This document shows positions 37,950 through 52,108 of a stretch of DNA of 64,000 nt, piece by piece. The DNA comes from Phoronis australis. Lineage: Eukaryota; Animalia; Phoronida. The notes beneath the pieces were generated by a model. It was not told the origin of the DNA, did no database searches, and saw only the letters and a program-made list of their open reading frames with translations. Location: NCBI GenBank assembly GCA_002633005.1, contig NMRA01000061.1, forward strand, positions 200,957 through 264,956. The letters are read 5' to 3'. A program made the position numbers and the translations under genes. Position 1 is the first letter of the stretch; each line of letters begins with the position of its first letter.

Positions 37950-39078
37950 CCTATCACAAGCTCCAACCCTTGCGACACTCGACACACAAACAAACAAGAT
38001 GTCGGAGGCAAATACACTGTCGCTGAACGACGTTCCTGTTGGAATTGATGAGTGATACTTTGGACTATCCGAAAACGCTTCGACAATGTCAACAAGCGAC
38101 GCTTTTCAGCAGAGAATCGTGCGTTCATGATGTGAGAATTTGTAAAGGCGACGGTGAAAAAATAAGTTTTCGAGGAAAATTATTTCGGAGCCAGCGAAAA
38201 TCCAAAGAACCCCACACAGCCCCTTCAGGTGACAAATGACAAGGCCACTGATGCGATATGGGTATGTATTTTAAAGTCGTAATAATCTGTACGATGCCAT
38301 AGATCTCAGGATATTTGAACAAAATCAGTGAAGATTCACTTATATTTTTACTCTGCCGCCTGCTAAATTCCGCCAAATGAAAAGTAGATCACAAAATGGG
38401 ATTCCCCGAGTGAAGTAGGTCTAGTCATTAGCACTGTTTATGCTTTTTTAATCTTTAAGCGAAATATTTGGATAAAAAAATCAGGTTCATACATCCGGTA
38501 TACACTCATCTTGCCCTAGGTAAAGAGTTAGCTCTGGTAGGCCTACGGCTGTTTCCAAGTCAAATTAATGCACGGAATTGGTCGTGGATACGTTGGATTG
38601 GTGTCATTCAAAAAACAAGTTACATCTTGTTCCTAGAAGACTGAACTCAGTGTGAGAGGTCATCCCATTAAACAGTTAAACTTGGACATTGTATTTCACA
38701 AAATGATAACTGAATACACTGTGCAAACGAGCTATATCAAGCCAAAATCAAGAATTCATGTGGATAATACCTACCTGATACCTCCCTATGAAATCCACTA
38801 AATGCTGGCCGTAATGTCCAATACTGTTGTTTTTCAATATTCAAAAACATTTGGTCAGTACCTCGGAACAATATATGTGCGTTTACCCTTCGAGTAATCA
38901 AGCAGAATTGCCAAATTCAGCTGCTCGCGTAGCCGTCCACACAGTTTGATCCATCATTTATACCTTTCGACACCACCTTTCGGCTTAGGCAATACCATGC
39001 AAAAAGTGACGGATATTCTTCTCGAGTTGCATAACGGCTGCAGGAATTACACTCGCCATAGCAACACCGTTTCACCAT
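37950..39078 (-). pseudogene. Highly decayed THAP + DDE transposase (ISL2EU/Harbinger-like) relic
   Basis: MVKRCCYGECNSCSRY and WIKLCGR...YI are THAP-like (38870-39078); NARFSAEKRR..SKRFRIVQSI...FVC (37980-38130) resembles the RIHVER.I...K.F.IL end of DDE_Tnp_4 transposases. Confidence 0.5.
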
Positions 39079-42000
39079 TCTTATTGCACGATTTCTTGTG
39101 GTATAGATTAAAATAAGCGTTACCCGACAACGCATTGCTTGTCGGAAAAAATGGCGGCTTGGAAACGCACACTAAGGTGTGTCAAGAATTCTGCATTGTG
39201 ATTGGCCAGTTAATCCGTCAGTCAAAATTCTGGCGACAGATCAATTGTTTACATTCGCTAGATTCGGAAACTATGTAGTTTGCACGCGACGTACATATTA
39301 AGCATATTGACCAATCACAATTGTTGGAATCTGTATCATAGTTTTTCATATTATGCTATTTTGATGTTTTGATCATAGTCATAGATTTTTGTCACCTGTT
39401 CCGCCCCGTCGGTTACGCTCGAATGGAATCCCTAAAGTTCACGCAGTAAGTCAGAACTGACCACGAATGCCGACTCAAGTGTAACGTGCCAGTTGCCCAA
39501 GTTCATCGATGATCACAGAGCGTCGTCATTGAAAAGATTAATGAGCCATTAGAGAGCCACGTGTGCGCAGCCACCGAAATGGTTGGTGGTATCTCCTAAG
39601 TAAATTTGCTTAAAATATATACTGATGGGATAGTTCTGATCTCAGTAAGAGGTAACAATTACCTCTAATAATGGAAGTGGTTAAGATCACAAATCTGATT
39701 CTCACGAAATTCTTCGTTGGAGAAGAAATTGTGTCGAAGTGAAACACATGCTGTGGGCAATTGAGAAGTACATGTATAAGTGTTTCAGAAATCAATTACT
39801 TACTAAACTCTTTAAAGAAACGGCCAATTTGAAAATTCAATTGTTCAACAACAGGTCATTATTCATTGCTCCTATAAATTAGTTCGCGTAATAAATAGTT
39901 GCCAGGGTCCGAATTGCTGGACCTAAGTGCGAGGCCGCACGTGTGGCCTTTCCCTTATTCTCGTAAAGTGGCAATACACTGCAGCGATAAGATATTAAAC
40001 GAAAAACGTATCTGACGTGTTTACAACATGGCCGGTGTAATTACCAGGCAACCGAGAACCAATCACGGAACAAAGCGAAGAAACAATGCGTAAGCCAAAT
40101 TTTATTCGACTGTAAATTTACTTTCGATCCAATCACAGGAAAAACTCAAGGAGATAGTGGTAATGATTCCCCGAAGTACAAGTATTATTTTATATGTACT
40201 GAGCTATTGCTAGCAATACTAACGAATACGTGCAAACTCGATGACCTCAATATGAAAACAAAGTAAAAAACCCGAACCAATTATCACGTTCGGAATTCAT
40301 GTAATCGATGTGCTCTCAGCATTGTTTACAACATACAGTAGGAACCAAATTTACGTTTGTTACCGTTCGAGACAACCTTTAACAAGTTTTTCATCAATGT
40401 GTTCATTGTGATCGACTCCAAATTATGACAATTTATCATTGGTTGCTTAAAAAGTCCCACAATGAAGACCCGACAAAACTCAGTAATACACTGAGCTTGT
40501 TTTTCTCCTAAAGCACTGCACCTAAACACCAGCTGGTACGATGGGGAGCACTTGTTCACCTGACTTACTAGCAGGTCAATGAAGTTTTTACCTACCAAAA
40601 TAGAGAAGGTAACATACTACGCCGTTTTTTTTTTTGGCTGGCAGTGTTGTAATTCCTTTCTATGTCCTTAAAATGACCCGTACGAAACGAATGCCAACCA
40701 CCCAGCTGGAATTCCCATTAGATCGGATGCGCATCACATCCACTACGGTTTATAAACAAAAACTGTGGATATCAGAAATACGGTAATTTTCGGGTAAAAT
40801 TAATTGTTCGAACACCCGTTTCTGTAAATGCTCAAACTGTCTCATAGTTCGCTAACAGCTGTGTCTTACACATCACATGACCCCAGAAGCTGGTTGCATG
40901 AGAGAGTCCCAAGCAGGGTCTCAACTACGTTCCTTAAATTTCCATCGCATTCGTGGACATTGGTTATTCTTTACAGTACTGCTTTATTCTCGTAACAAAG
41001 TCAATTTTTGTCCGAGGGTAAACTGTACGTTGAATTCTCAATATTGTTGAGAATAAATATGGATCTTTTCACTGGAGTACGGTCACAGTTTTTAGAAAAT
41101 TATGTTATTGGAAAATGGCACTGGTCAAAGAGGAGCTCAAAATACAGACTAAGTGACAGAAAAATATTTGTGAGTTAACAAAACCAAAGATACGCAGGGG
41201 ATTTAAGGAATTAGATTGAGTCCCAGTTCAAGCAACCGGCCACAACTTTACTTTGATAGTGTAGTGGAAGAGAAATTTGAAAAAGCCAAATACCCTGTCT
41301 ACTACCGCGCATTGTTCGTATTCATGTTCGTATACAGTTTCAAGATATTACAGTAGGCACTTAGCATGATAATACACAGGCACTGTTACTGCATCAATAC
41401 TAAAAGTAGTAAATCTTCATTATTTCCGAAACACTCGAGCACGTGACAGTCTCGTCCGAGATCACAGACATTTTACTCGAGATTACTCGAAAAACGACCA
41501 GTCAAATAGCATGACTGTAAAAGTTCATTAAAAGCGAGCCGCGCAATTGGTTAGTTCCCATGTTGAGTCGCCAGGAAAGTTTGACGTTAAGGGGCGCGGA
41601 AGGTTGTCTCTTATTTTATTACTGAATTTTAAAATTTTTCGTTCGAATTTTGCAAGAACTAAACTTAAAGTGGCTATGAAGTGACGTCCCATTCAAGAAG
41701 CACACGTCTGATTTAGACCACTTACGACACTATAAAATTGGTTTCAAGCTGTTCCTTAATCGGCTAAGAAGTGGTTTGTTGCGAACTCGCTGGAGCACGA
41801 CGGTGTAAATGCTATCAGGTTTGTTGAATCCCTGTTTTGTGTGAATTTATTGAGATTTGTTTTTGATATGGACGGCTGAAGTGGAGCTGCCATGGAATTC
41901 CCAGTCCCGAGTGTCAAACCTTATAGTATTATGTATAGCGTATTGGGGACGATCAGAAGGTGATGACGCCTGTGGACCAATTCTGCTCCCGTGCATTAAT

Positions 42001-42959
42001 TCCTGCCTACTTGTCAATCGAGCTGCCATTGGCCCTATTTTCGTGCTATACAGCCGAAAAAATCGATTTGAAGACATGGGGGTGTTTTCACTTCCCTCTA
42101 GTTCTTCGTGGACGAGGACACTGTTTGGTCCGTCCATGAGAAAAGAATGTGTCCGCAAGGCGGAAAAAGTGCTCCAGCGAGGAGGATATGCGTGTGCGAG
42201 TGCGAAAGGAATTATGCGTGGGAGCAGAATTTTTTTGACGGGCAGAGAAGACAAGATGCCATAGTTTAGTCAATTCTATAGCTAAATCTCGACCTGTTTA
42301 CCTGGCTAAAAGCAAACATCGAATTGGGCCTTTAATCTCATAAAACCCGTCACCTAAACACTACCGTTACAAGATTCCATTTCCATTATCAACTAAAGTC
42401 GCAGACAATGTGTAGGCCTACATGCGCCATTTTCGAAATTTTAGGGTTGTCCAACCCCAATAAACTTAGAAGGGTCTTCTTGAACCGTTGGTGGTTTCAA
42501 TGCCCTTGTTGGTCAAGGACACGCAAATTCCATCACTGCGAGTGTCACTTATTAATTATTGTCACGCAAACGAGAGCAATTATCAATCCGACTTTTAGTT
42601 ATCGAAACGTTCTAATTTACTTAAATGAAACTAGTATATTTTATTGTCTGCTGTTTAGAAAGCGAAATTCAAGTTTGTGATATACACGGCTATTTAGAAA
42701 GTTTTATTGTCTGTGATCACAAGTTAGCCAAACCTAGTAAACAATGACGACGGGCCCTTTAAAGCGACTGTAAACCCCACCACTTACCACTATAAAATTT
42801 GACTCACCTTGTTTCTTGCTAAGATGATGCGAAGGGGGTTCTGCAAAGAACAAAGAAATCATTATTCATAAAGACCATGCCCTGCCCATACATTGACACG
42901 CTGTGACAAACCAGTTCAACAGACAGAGCCAACTTAACGAACAGCCAGCTCGTTCCAAA

Positions 42960-43209
42960 CTCTACAAGTATAAACACATTTGTAGGCCCTCTGGTACACG
43001 TTGTACCAGACGTGCACAAGCCCCAGCTCAGGTGAGCCCACTGTACTGGTCTCTTGAAACGATTTTATGCTTTATTAACATATAGTTAAAACCGAGCTGA
43101 GGATCCCGAGACCTAACTCAAGGGTCTAGCAGTGTGGCCCAGTGGGACTCGAACCCATGACCTTGAGTAAAGAAAGCGGACACTTATGCCATTGGGCCTT
43201 ACTCTCTCC
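42960..43209 (-). mobile_element. tRNA-derived SINE
   Basis: Minus-strand head ggagagagtaaggcccaatggcataag...ggttcgagtcccactgggcca has A-box-like and B-box (GGTTCGAGTCC, 43145-43155) motifs, but the acceptor stem does not pair. The 3' boundary is approximate. Confidence 0.6.
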
Positions 43210-44841
43210 TCTCGAAGCCCGAACATTACATCCAGTTTCACTAAGGAACCAATTTCACAAAATTAAGTACTCTAAATCAATAGCTGGTTTTAGTAATAGA
43301 CTATACGGAAGCAGTGTTGATGACCGCGACAAGGTTCTCAACACAAGTCACAAACGAACGCATCGCGTAAAGTTCATTTGCCAGTATTTTATGATCGTTT
43401 AAATTGATCTAGGTATTTAACGCGAAACTTAATAAAGTCACGTAAAGGATAGTTCTCCTTACTATAAATAAAAAGGGTAATTTCATTATTGACGAAAAAC
43501 TGTTGCACAAGAGTCAGCTCGTTAATAAGGAATTGCGTGACGAATTCGAAATGACGGCAATCACACGTCCATGTACAAGTATTCCGTTAGAACCAAATTG
43601 ACTATGCAATGACAGCCAAGTAAAAGCCACATGTATTTCTACAATGGCGATTGTTTTCGATTTGAAATTTTCTATAATAAAAATCGTTTTAATTTTAGTT
43701 TCCATTTGTTCTAAAAAGCTACAAAAACAAACCGTCCATCAATTTGTTTATTAGTTAGGGAACAAACCCGTTGTAAAAGTACACTCATTATGTTCCTGAA
43801 TTGGATTAGAGTTGATTTCTGAGCAGAGAACTGGCAGTTCATCATTTCCTGAAACCAACGAAGGTCAATTACTTGGCTTTTCACGGTAGGTCATTTTTAT
43901 GCCCCGAGCGTGGTCACAGGTCTGGTCACACTACATGCGAGCAAGCGAGCCGACTCGATTCATAAACCACTCAATTTATGGATGGTTGACATTCCAGAGC
44001 CAAATCGAGGCGTGAACAGCATAACTTGAATAGGTGTATATGCCAGCCGCTCTAATCGAGTTCGCGTACCTGACTGGTAACCAACTCAATTGGAGCGGCA
44101 AAATCCTTGAACAGTTGCATTCAAGCACCTATGGTCCCGAATAAGCTATCAGATAACAAAGACTGTGATCTTTTCATGTCTTTTAGTCAGTAATTGAAAC
44201 GCAGGGACAAGTGCGCGAGACGGACCTCGAGATCACAGAGTCGCCGCGGCGTGTTACATATGGAACTAAAACTCGCCTTCTGGGATTACAGCAGTTAAGT
44301 CTACGCTCAAACTGACAACCAGTATGCAATCAATAATGAGCGTCTCACTGAAAAAAACTCGTAACTGGTGTCAAACCAGTGCCGCTACTTCTTGTTATTG
44401 TGAAGCTAAATTTGTGGAGCGATCAGTACTGTGTGAGCTTTGAGCCGGACTTATTATTCAATAAAGTGCTCTACCATCACATGGTTAGAACAAAACAAAT
44501 CATACAATTTGGTTTCACTTTGACATGAATTTTTAATACGATATAGAAACCAGGGAACTGAATTTGATCATTTCGCCTAGGCAATGTTGTCCCTTGCACC
44601 TGCTTCACGTCGTCTTATACCGGAGCCGGTTTTCCGATGAAGCGCCTTAGGCGACAATGATTTCTTCAAATCGAATTTTGTCCCCGAAAAAGGACCCTGA
44701 ACACTGTTTTGGAATCAACAATTTTGTTCCCGGTGTTCCCGAAAAAAATGCCCATAGTGTCTACTTTTCCGAAAAAGCGCCCATGGGAACCTTCCTCGGT
44801 ATTAAGACCTTGTGTCACGAGTGTTGCCTTGGTGCAAGTAA

Positions 44842-45175
44842 AGCCTTGGTCACAACCCGCCGTACGTGCAAGTGCGTGCTGTCTACGTGTAAAAACGTGG
44901 GGGAAATTTGGCGATCCGTACGTGGCAAGTACGGCCTCCGTGCGTTTTGGTGAATACGCAGGAGAACGCAGACACGACGTAGCACTTTTAGTGCATGCAG
45001 AACTTTCTCTGCGTGCAAGCTGCGTTCGCATTTACAGATTCACGGCAGTACGTGTGACGTACGTCCTCCCTGCGCTTGCCACTCCCTACTCACGTTTTCA
45101 GAAAAACGTGGTGCCCGTGGCGTCCGCAGAAAACGTACGAACAATAAACACGCACGGCGGGTTGTGACCATAGCT
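44842..45175. mobile_element. PIF/Harbinger-type MITE
   Basis: TIRs agccttggtcacaacccgccgt / acggcgggttgtgaccatagct, with TAA on both flanks (44839-44841 and 45176-45178). Confidence 0.85.
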
Positions 45176-48100
45176 TAAGTCAATAACGATGAGTTGACTG
45201 TGTTTCTGTTATTCCGTAACGCAGGATAAGGTAAGTGACAGTCAGATGCAGGATTTGAACCGAGCGTTCAACAGTCGGATACATGACGAGTTGACAGCAA
45301 ATAGAATTTCAGTGGACTAAACGCACATTCCTTTTGATGGCGATTCCTAGTTTACAGCTCCCGAATCCAACAACATAGCTGTCTGGGTATTAAATTTGGA
45401 TGGGTGCTTACACCTGCTAGATCTATTATTTTTTTCTATTGAACATTGTAATTGACCAAAAAGAGCAAACTCCAACAACTTGGTGAGTATCAATATTCAG
45501 TTGTGGCCTCTTGCATGTCTCAATGAACACAGAGAGTTACAAGATTGTGCCTCATATCACATGTTTTCCTGGGGCTCCGCAAAAGTGTTTCAAGAATGTT
45601 GATAAAAACAGTCTAATCTACTTAATAGGATTTTATTCATCAAGCACACCACCTCTACCACCACCGGCCTACCAGGTCCTGCCCTCGATCCGCGTCCACA
45701 CCAATCACAGCAAGGACAGAAGGCGAGATCTTCAGATCTCGCGAAGCTGTCTGAGGGCTTCGCCCTCATCTACTCTCTCTCAATAGGATTTTATTAAGCA
45801 AAATTGAAAGCCTGTCCAAAGAATGGTTAAGATGGGGAACCATTTTAGTGAAATGACGGTTTTCGAAGATTAAATTGTGAGCAGCCAAGAGACACAATGA
45901 GCCCGGAATCTGGTATGTACTGGAGTACAGGCGACTTGAACATTGCAAGTTTGCTTTGACATTCAATATTTCTGACAGGTCCCAACGTACGACTTAGAAC
46001 GATGATTTCAACGGGAGAACGTTCCCTAGACCAAACGAGAATAGCCAGATCCCGCGAAATCACGCGAGTGAAAAGCGAGTGGTTCGCAAGTGTCGAAAGC
46101 TTTTTAGCGTGCCAAGCGCCGAGAGCTTTTCAGCGTGTCCAGGCAAAATGTTGGTCATTGAGAAGTGATTTGTCGGTGCAGCTGGAATATTGAATTGTGG
46201 GGTTGAATTCACCGTAAGTGAAGATCTTCGCAAGTTAGTGTTTGGCGGTCAACCGAATTCACTGAGTCCTGGTCTCGATAAAAGTAAACATGAAAAACAA
46301 GTCGTGATAGTCATATGTGACAAACAAATGTGTTACATAATTTCAAAGTGCTACTATATTCGTAAGACTGAAATGTGAATGTATAGAAAAAGCCATGAAA
46401 ACATGATATCGCCATATATTAGTATCAATGGAGCAGTTCATTTTATAATGATTACGGTCAAGCTGCCAAAACTCACTGATGGTTGTTATGGTAACTTTTT
46501 AAAAACATGAATATCGTATAAAAGGTAACAGGGAGCAATATGTCACGATGAAGTTATTGATTTTGTCTATTGTTGTCGTTTTACATTGAATTATTAAGAA
46601 ATGAATACAGTTCATTGATTCCACAAATTGCATGGGAAATGTTTTAGAAGCCACCGTTAGCCTAAAAAAGTACAATTGATTTTAGTTGTTTTGAAAATTA
46701 ATACCATGCTGCTGGGTTCGTTTTTTGTTGTCCATTTTTAAAAAAATACACCTGAGACGAGCAAAATTGAGCACTGTCCGTGGGGGAGAGGGGGCCATTT
46801 TTATAATAAAAATGACTATTCTGTTTTGAGTTTGTAATTTGGAGACTAAATAAAATTGAAAAATATGTTATAAGCTTGCAAATGCATCCCCAAATTAACA
46901 CACAAATGATTGTGTCTGTACGCGCGTATGTCTGTGCGACTATTGGAACCGGTGGCATGTGGCACACAAGAACTCGACGAAATTTAATTATAGAAACGAT
47001 TTTAAGGCAAGAAATGATCCAACAAAATATGAAACAGGTGAGATTTTCAAATGATAACATATTTTGGTGTAGTTTTCACGGTGTTAAAAGTTCCCCGCCT
47101 ATTCGAAAATTAACACAACTCTTTGATTCACTTGCTCTCCCTATGAATACACGGACCTTCAGTGGGAATTTTTTTAGAAATCTCGTCATTTGGTTATTAT
47201 CATTGAAAGAATGCTGTTGATTTTTACTCAATAACATTTACGTGTTAAAAAGTTAACATGACCAAGGTTGTAGCATTACATAGAACGAACTGTTACAACG
47301 TGGGTAAATATTAACAGGGGAGATAACATACCATTGTCTAGAATACAGCGTGTTAAGTAAGAGTCGCCGTAGGACTACATTATCAAAAAAGTTGCTCGAG
47401 ACTCAGTTTGAAAACTGACAAGTCAAACCACGTGAAATCTGAAGTTTTCACGAAGCGTGTCCCTCACGATATTGTTCAATAGCCATTCCCTGATGTGGAA
47501 TGCCGAATTTGATGCTTAGCCGCTAGATGGCAACTTATGCAAATGTGCAGCGCCGCCTACAGTTTTTCATTAGCATCAGTCACGACGTTTTTGAAGTTCA
47601 AGTACTGTCACCATGTTGTCGAAATCACCACTGTTGTATGACGGTGTGTTCAAATGATTTACGTAAATGTAAATATTTTTAACGCATCTGAACGTGCTAA
47701 CGCCCATCTATACATCGGAATACAACCATTACATCATTTACATCGTTATCTTCTTCAATTAAAACGATTTTGGAATGTTTTTATATAACAATATTAACGC
47801 CTAGCGCAGCTGGGAACACACGAGAGTCATGATTTAGAAAATAATTCCCCTTTCTTCCAAAAGCTTTTTAATCGCAAAAGCACCTGAGCTCGCTTTTTGT
47901 GGTCATTGCTATCAACTTAAGAATTCGCACTCAGTATAGTAATTGACCATGTATAGGTATAAAATAATGTTACCGGTGTTGGGTGTTGTAGGTATGTTGC
48001 GATTTTGACTAGCATTTTGGCCACCAGTCACAAAATTCCACCAACAGCGAAAAGAAATGTTTTCAGACTGGCTTCTTGCGTGTTCTTAATACTTCAGTCC

Positions 48101-49384
48101 TTTACATTGTAAGGTAAGGGTTAGTGTGATGATCAATGTTTTACGATCAAAACTGAATACAACCATACAAGTCGAACACAAAACCACTTTGCGGTATAGC
48201 CCGTACACCGCAAATGCCCTCCGTTTATATGACTATAGAACGAGGGCGTGTTGCTTTAAAATCGTTTTTCGTTTTTTCAGTCATGGGCCTGCTAAGAATG
48301 AGGAATTGTGGGAAGTCGTTCTTGCTTACATAAACGGATCGGCAAAACGTTCACAAAAAATCACAGTCAGTCCGGGGGTTGCTTGATGTGAGTTTGTTAC
48401 ACATACGCGTTACCTGTAGGAAAGTACAAATCCCGGGGTTTCTGGTGTTTTGAAGAGGATTTCTCAAGTTGTTCTTGGTGGGTCCTTGCGGCATTCGTAA
48501 GAGCGTCTTCCGAACACAAACAGGCGTTCACAGGATGTTTGTAAAGTGCTCGCAAGGTGGAAGCACGTAGTACGTGCATTTTTGGCGTCCTCAAGAGTAT
48601 AAGCAATACGCGCGCGCGGTTTAAATTCCTTTCTTTGCATGGTTTCTGGAGCCCAACGAAAAGAGAGCCAAGAGAGCAAAAAAAAAACAAAAAAAAACAA
48701 ACACACACACAAACAAAACAGCGTTTCCACAAATTTTCTTGCTCAGGAATCCCTGACAAAATGTGCTGAGAGATTTTCTCAGTCACAACAAATTGCAAGT
48801 GCCGCGAGTTTTACACAGGGGCCCCTTACTACAATTCGAGATAAAATAGACTAAGATCGCCGTCTGTACATGTACGCCGCAAGAAGCTAATATAACTTCC
48901 TCGAGAAGACTACAAGGATACTATGGCCAAAGCACGTAATTGTCCTCGAGCTACAAATTAAACTGTGGCAGTATAAAGCTTGCAAAAACACCCCGCCCAC
49001 AAATGCTTGCGCACTCCGGGAATCGCAGGGATAAGCTTTGTGACCGAAACTTTTGTAAAACATGTATTCCAAATTTAAACGGTTGAGGGAGACATAGCAG
49101 TCATCCATTTAGCTTTTTATTTGGTTCATTTATATTGTAAATTGTATGTTGGCTAACTTTGAGCAGGTGAACTTATAAAAAATTGACGTCATCGCAATCT
49201 AGGTTATCGCTTCACGTTCTTACAAAATAAATATAAACAATTTACAGGATTATGAGAAGAGTTATCTAAACATAAGCAGGAATATTTGCTCATCACTGAG
49301 CTTTCGCCTGTCATGGACGCCTGGCTTCATCAAATGGAGACCCCATCAAATGACCTAGTTACACATATTGCCGCTACAGGATAC

Positions 49385-49735
49385 CTCGCTGGTTCCCTGC
49401 GCGTCATTTTACACCGACGTTTCTGATTGGCTGGTCGAATTCTCAACAGGTAGCGCTTTACGCAAACAAACTGGCATGACTGATGGAAGAAGTGTAAATG
49501 TGGATATAGATTATGGTCTGTTGTACAGACAAATCGGTGGTCAATTCATGTTCAAGAAATGTGAATCCCAGAAAATTATGATTGCGCTTTTTCGGAGTGC
49601 ATCTTTCTACTGTCGCTGACTTTTGTTTACGTTGCTGTCCTGTATTCACACAGTATAAATAACACACTGGTTAAATCGGCCAGATATGTGTTTATTGTGC
49701 ATGTATGTGCTTCAAGCACGCGGCTATTAAACATT
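49385..49735 (-). mobile_element. Partial inverted copy of the 30796-31382 MITE
   Basis: Starts cctcgctggttccctgcg; the reverse complement aligns to ~30980-31300. Confidence 0.85.
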
Positions 49736-51815
49736 ACGTCTCCAATAAAGCTGTCTTCGGACATACAGTTCAGGTTCAATGAAAACGAATACGCGACTTT
49801 TCTCGTTCAAATAGAGAAAGACGTTTCGCTCGTGTTTTAAATGAAAGTATCCTTCATAAAGTTAATGCAAAAATGGTCTGCAGTCTTCATGGTATTTGTT
49901 CTCTTACTGTATACTTTTAGTTTGATACTAGGACGAAACAATTATGATTATGTAAAACGTTTCAACGGAAAAAGTAATACATATGATTTAATTGCCATCA
50001 AACGCGCCTACCGAACAACGTGACAAATCAAAAGAGAAATTCAAGTAATACTAAAACCAAAACGTCATCCGAAAATGTACTCCAATATTTCCCCCGAAGA
50101 AGATAAAGTGCACAAGCCAGGCTATACGGAAATCACTTCTGATGCAAAGCCGTCATGATTGTTCAGAAATCAATAATTCGTAAACCTAATTAATTAATTT
50201 AATGGAGGCCACCAGTTGCTTATTTGAAAACAACAGCCCCTATTTGCTCGGCTGAGAAAGTGAAACCTAAAATATTTGTAATTTATCTTCGGACGGTTCA
50301 AAGAAACCTGAGCGTTATTTGAAAACAACTAAAGGAAATAGGTGCACAGTTGTTCGTTCGTCATAATACATACACTCCGACTGCTACGACGAGTAACGGT
50401 AACGGTCTGAAGAAAAGTGCCCGCATTTTCAGAACCAGTTGTCTCCAATTACGGGCAACAAGTAAAATGTGGGCAGGTTATGAAACACTGTTGCTATGAT
50501 TACCACTGTCACTTCAAGAGCGTTGAATTTGGCTCAGATCTCATGAGTTAAATCTTCATCGTCAATTTGGCTTTGACACAGATTGACAGTAAACTCTACA
50601 TTGCATTCCCAATCTAACTGAAAACAGCTAGGGATCTTTTCATGCAACGCCCCTCATTTAAGAAACAATTCCCTATTCATTTTCAGTGAAAATTTAGAAA
50701 TCTTCAGTGGAACTGTTTCATGTCACCTGGTATAAAAATTTATGGTCGGGACACCACTGCGCATGCCCGAGTTAACTATCCAATATACCGGTAAACACTA
50801 AATCATAGGGATAGGAGTATGGCACTCTGCCAATAGCATCTTTCGTCCCCCACCACGACTGAGTGAATTGAGTAATGGATTCCAATGGAATATCAACAGG
50901 CACACATAGTGTAAAGTAAAAAATTGACGTTCCCTGTACCGATCAGTTTCCCGCCACCATATTTAACGCACGCCTTCACACAGGCGTTAATATAACGTAA
51001 CGGAACATCCTTATCTCTTAGTCCATTTTGCACACCGCACGCTTCAACAGAACACATTTTACCAATTCTTCGTTCACCATTTCGCTTCATTTTATTTCAT
51101 TCCTCAGAGGAATATGACATTACCGAGTTTTAGAATACCGGTTTCCCCATAATCAAACACTAGTAACAAATTTACATGCGGCTACTTCACAGCATTACTA
51201 ACGTTGGAAGTCTGCAATAGGCATACTACTGATAACACTTCTGGTTGAACCACTGGATAATGTGGAAATGCCTTAGTAGCTGGCAACGTATGTAACATTA
51301 ACATATTAAAGCGACGCATTCCACGTTAGTTTCTGTCAACAAGGCACACAGTAAAACACCAGGGGAGGGTCTATTCGTGGTACTTGAAGTTTAACTCTAA
51401 ATTAATTTTTTCATCTAATTTTAGTTTTGTGCGAACTCAAGACAGGTGTCTATAATCTACGCCCGAGCTCGTAGTGATTTGGCATGTGAATTTCTACTTT
51501 CCAAGCTGGCACTTGATGACCCCTAATTCGAGCTACAAACTTCATTAAAAATTCGATATTTCAAGTTCAGGCGACAATCTTTATCCTTAATGCTAGAGTC
51601 ATCAGACAGTTATCCATATTAAGCCATTATGTACTCTAGCATAGAATAAAAGACACTGATGTTGAGTTCGCACACATATAGAATATAGAAAATGTTAAAA
51701 GTAATTTCAGGTTCGATTTCAAGTTGACAGATTAGACTCAGCGTCACGAATGAGCCATTTGTTTACGACAGAGGGCGCTGCATGAGGCTTTGAAGTTGCT
51801 GTAGCAGCTGTTACT

Positions 51816-51945
51816 GTTCAGTAATGCTAGGACCGTCTTAAACTGATCAAGCCAAAAGTCAAGTGTTCTCATTTAAAATACCCGGCAATATCTCATGTCA
51901 TCTCGCGAAGTCTCGCTTTTTAGCGAGATCCTAACGGTGCTGAAC
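51816..51945 (-). mobile_element. MITE family A copy (diverged)
   Basis: gttcagtaatgctaggacc ... tctcgcgaagtct ... tgaac is homologous to 34903-35058. Confidence 0.7.
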
Positions 51946-52024
51946 TCTACCAGCATTGACGTCGAAGAAACACCACTGCCTTAAACCTGGTTTCAATTTT
52001 CGGCTCGCTGAAAAAAGAAAAGAT

Positions 52025-52108
52025 CATGGGCGACGCACCATAGGTNCGGGGGGGGGGGGGGGGGGGTGAGGCCATAGCCCCACTTTTTTCAGTGCTGCGC
52101 CGTCCATG
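52025..52108 (-). mobile_element. MITE family B monomer
   Basis: catgggcgacgca ... tgcgccgtccatg, with aagat on both flanks. Confidence 0.8.

Noticed and set aside
40326-40740. Possible YqaJ exonuclease partner of the ISL2EU-like relic
   Set aside because: No clear GASPD, EIKC or YY.Q motifs could be read.
34692-51780. CTCF-like motifs (34692-34706, 47519-47533, 51766-51780)
   Set aside because: Short matches are expected by chance in 64 kb, with no supporting evidence.
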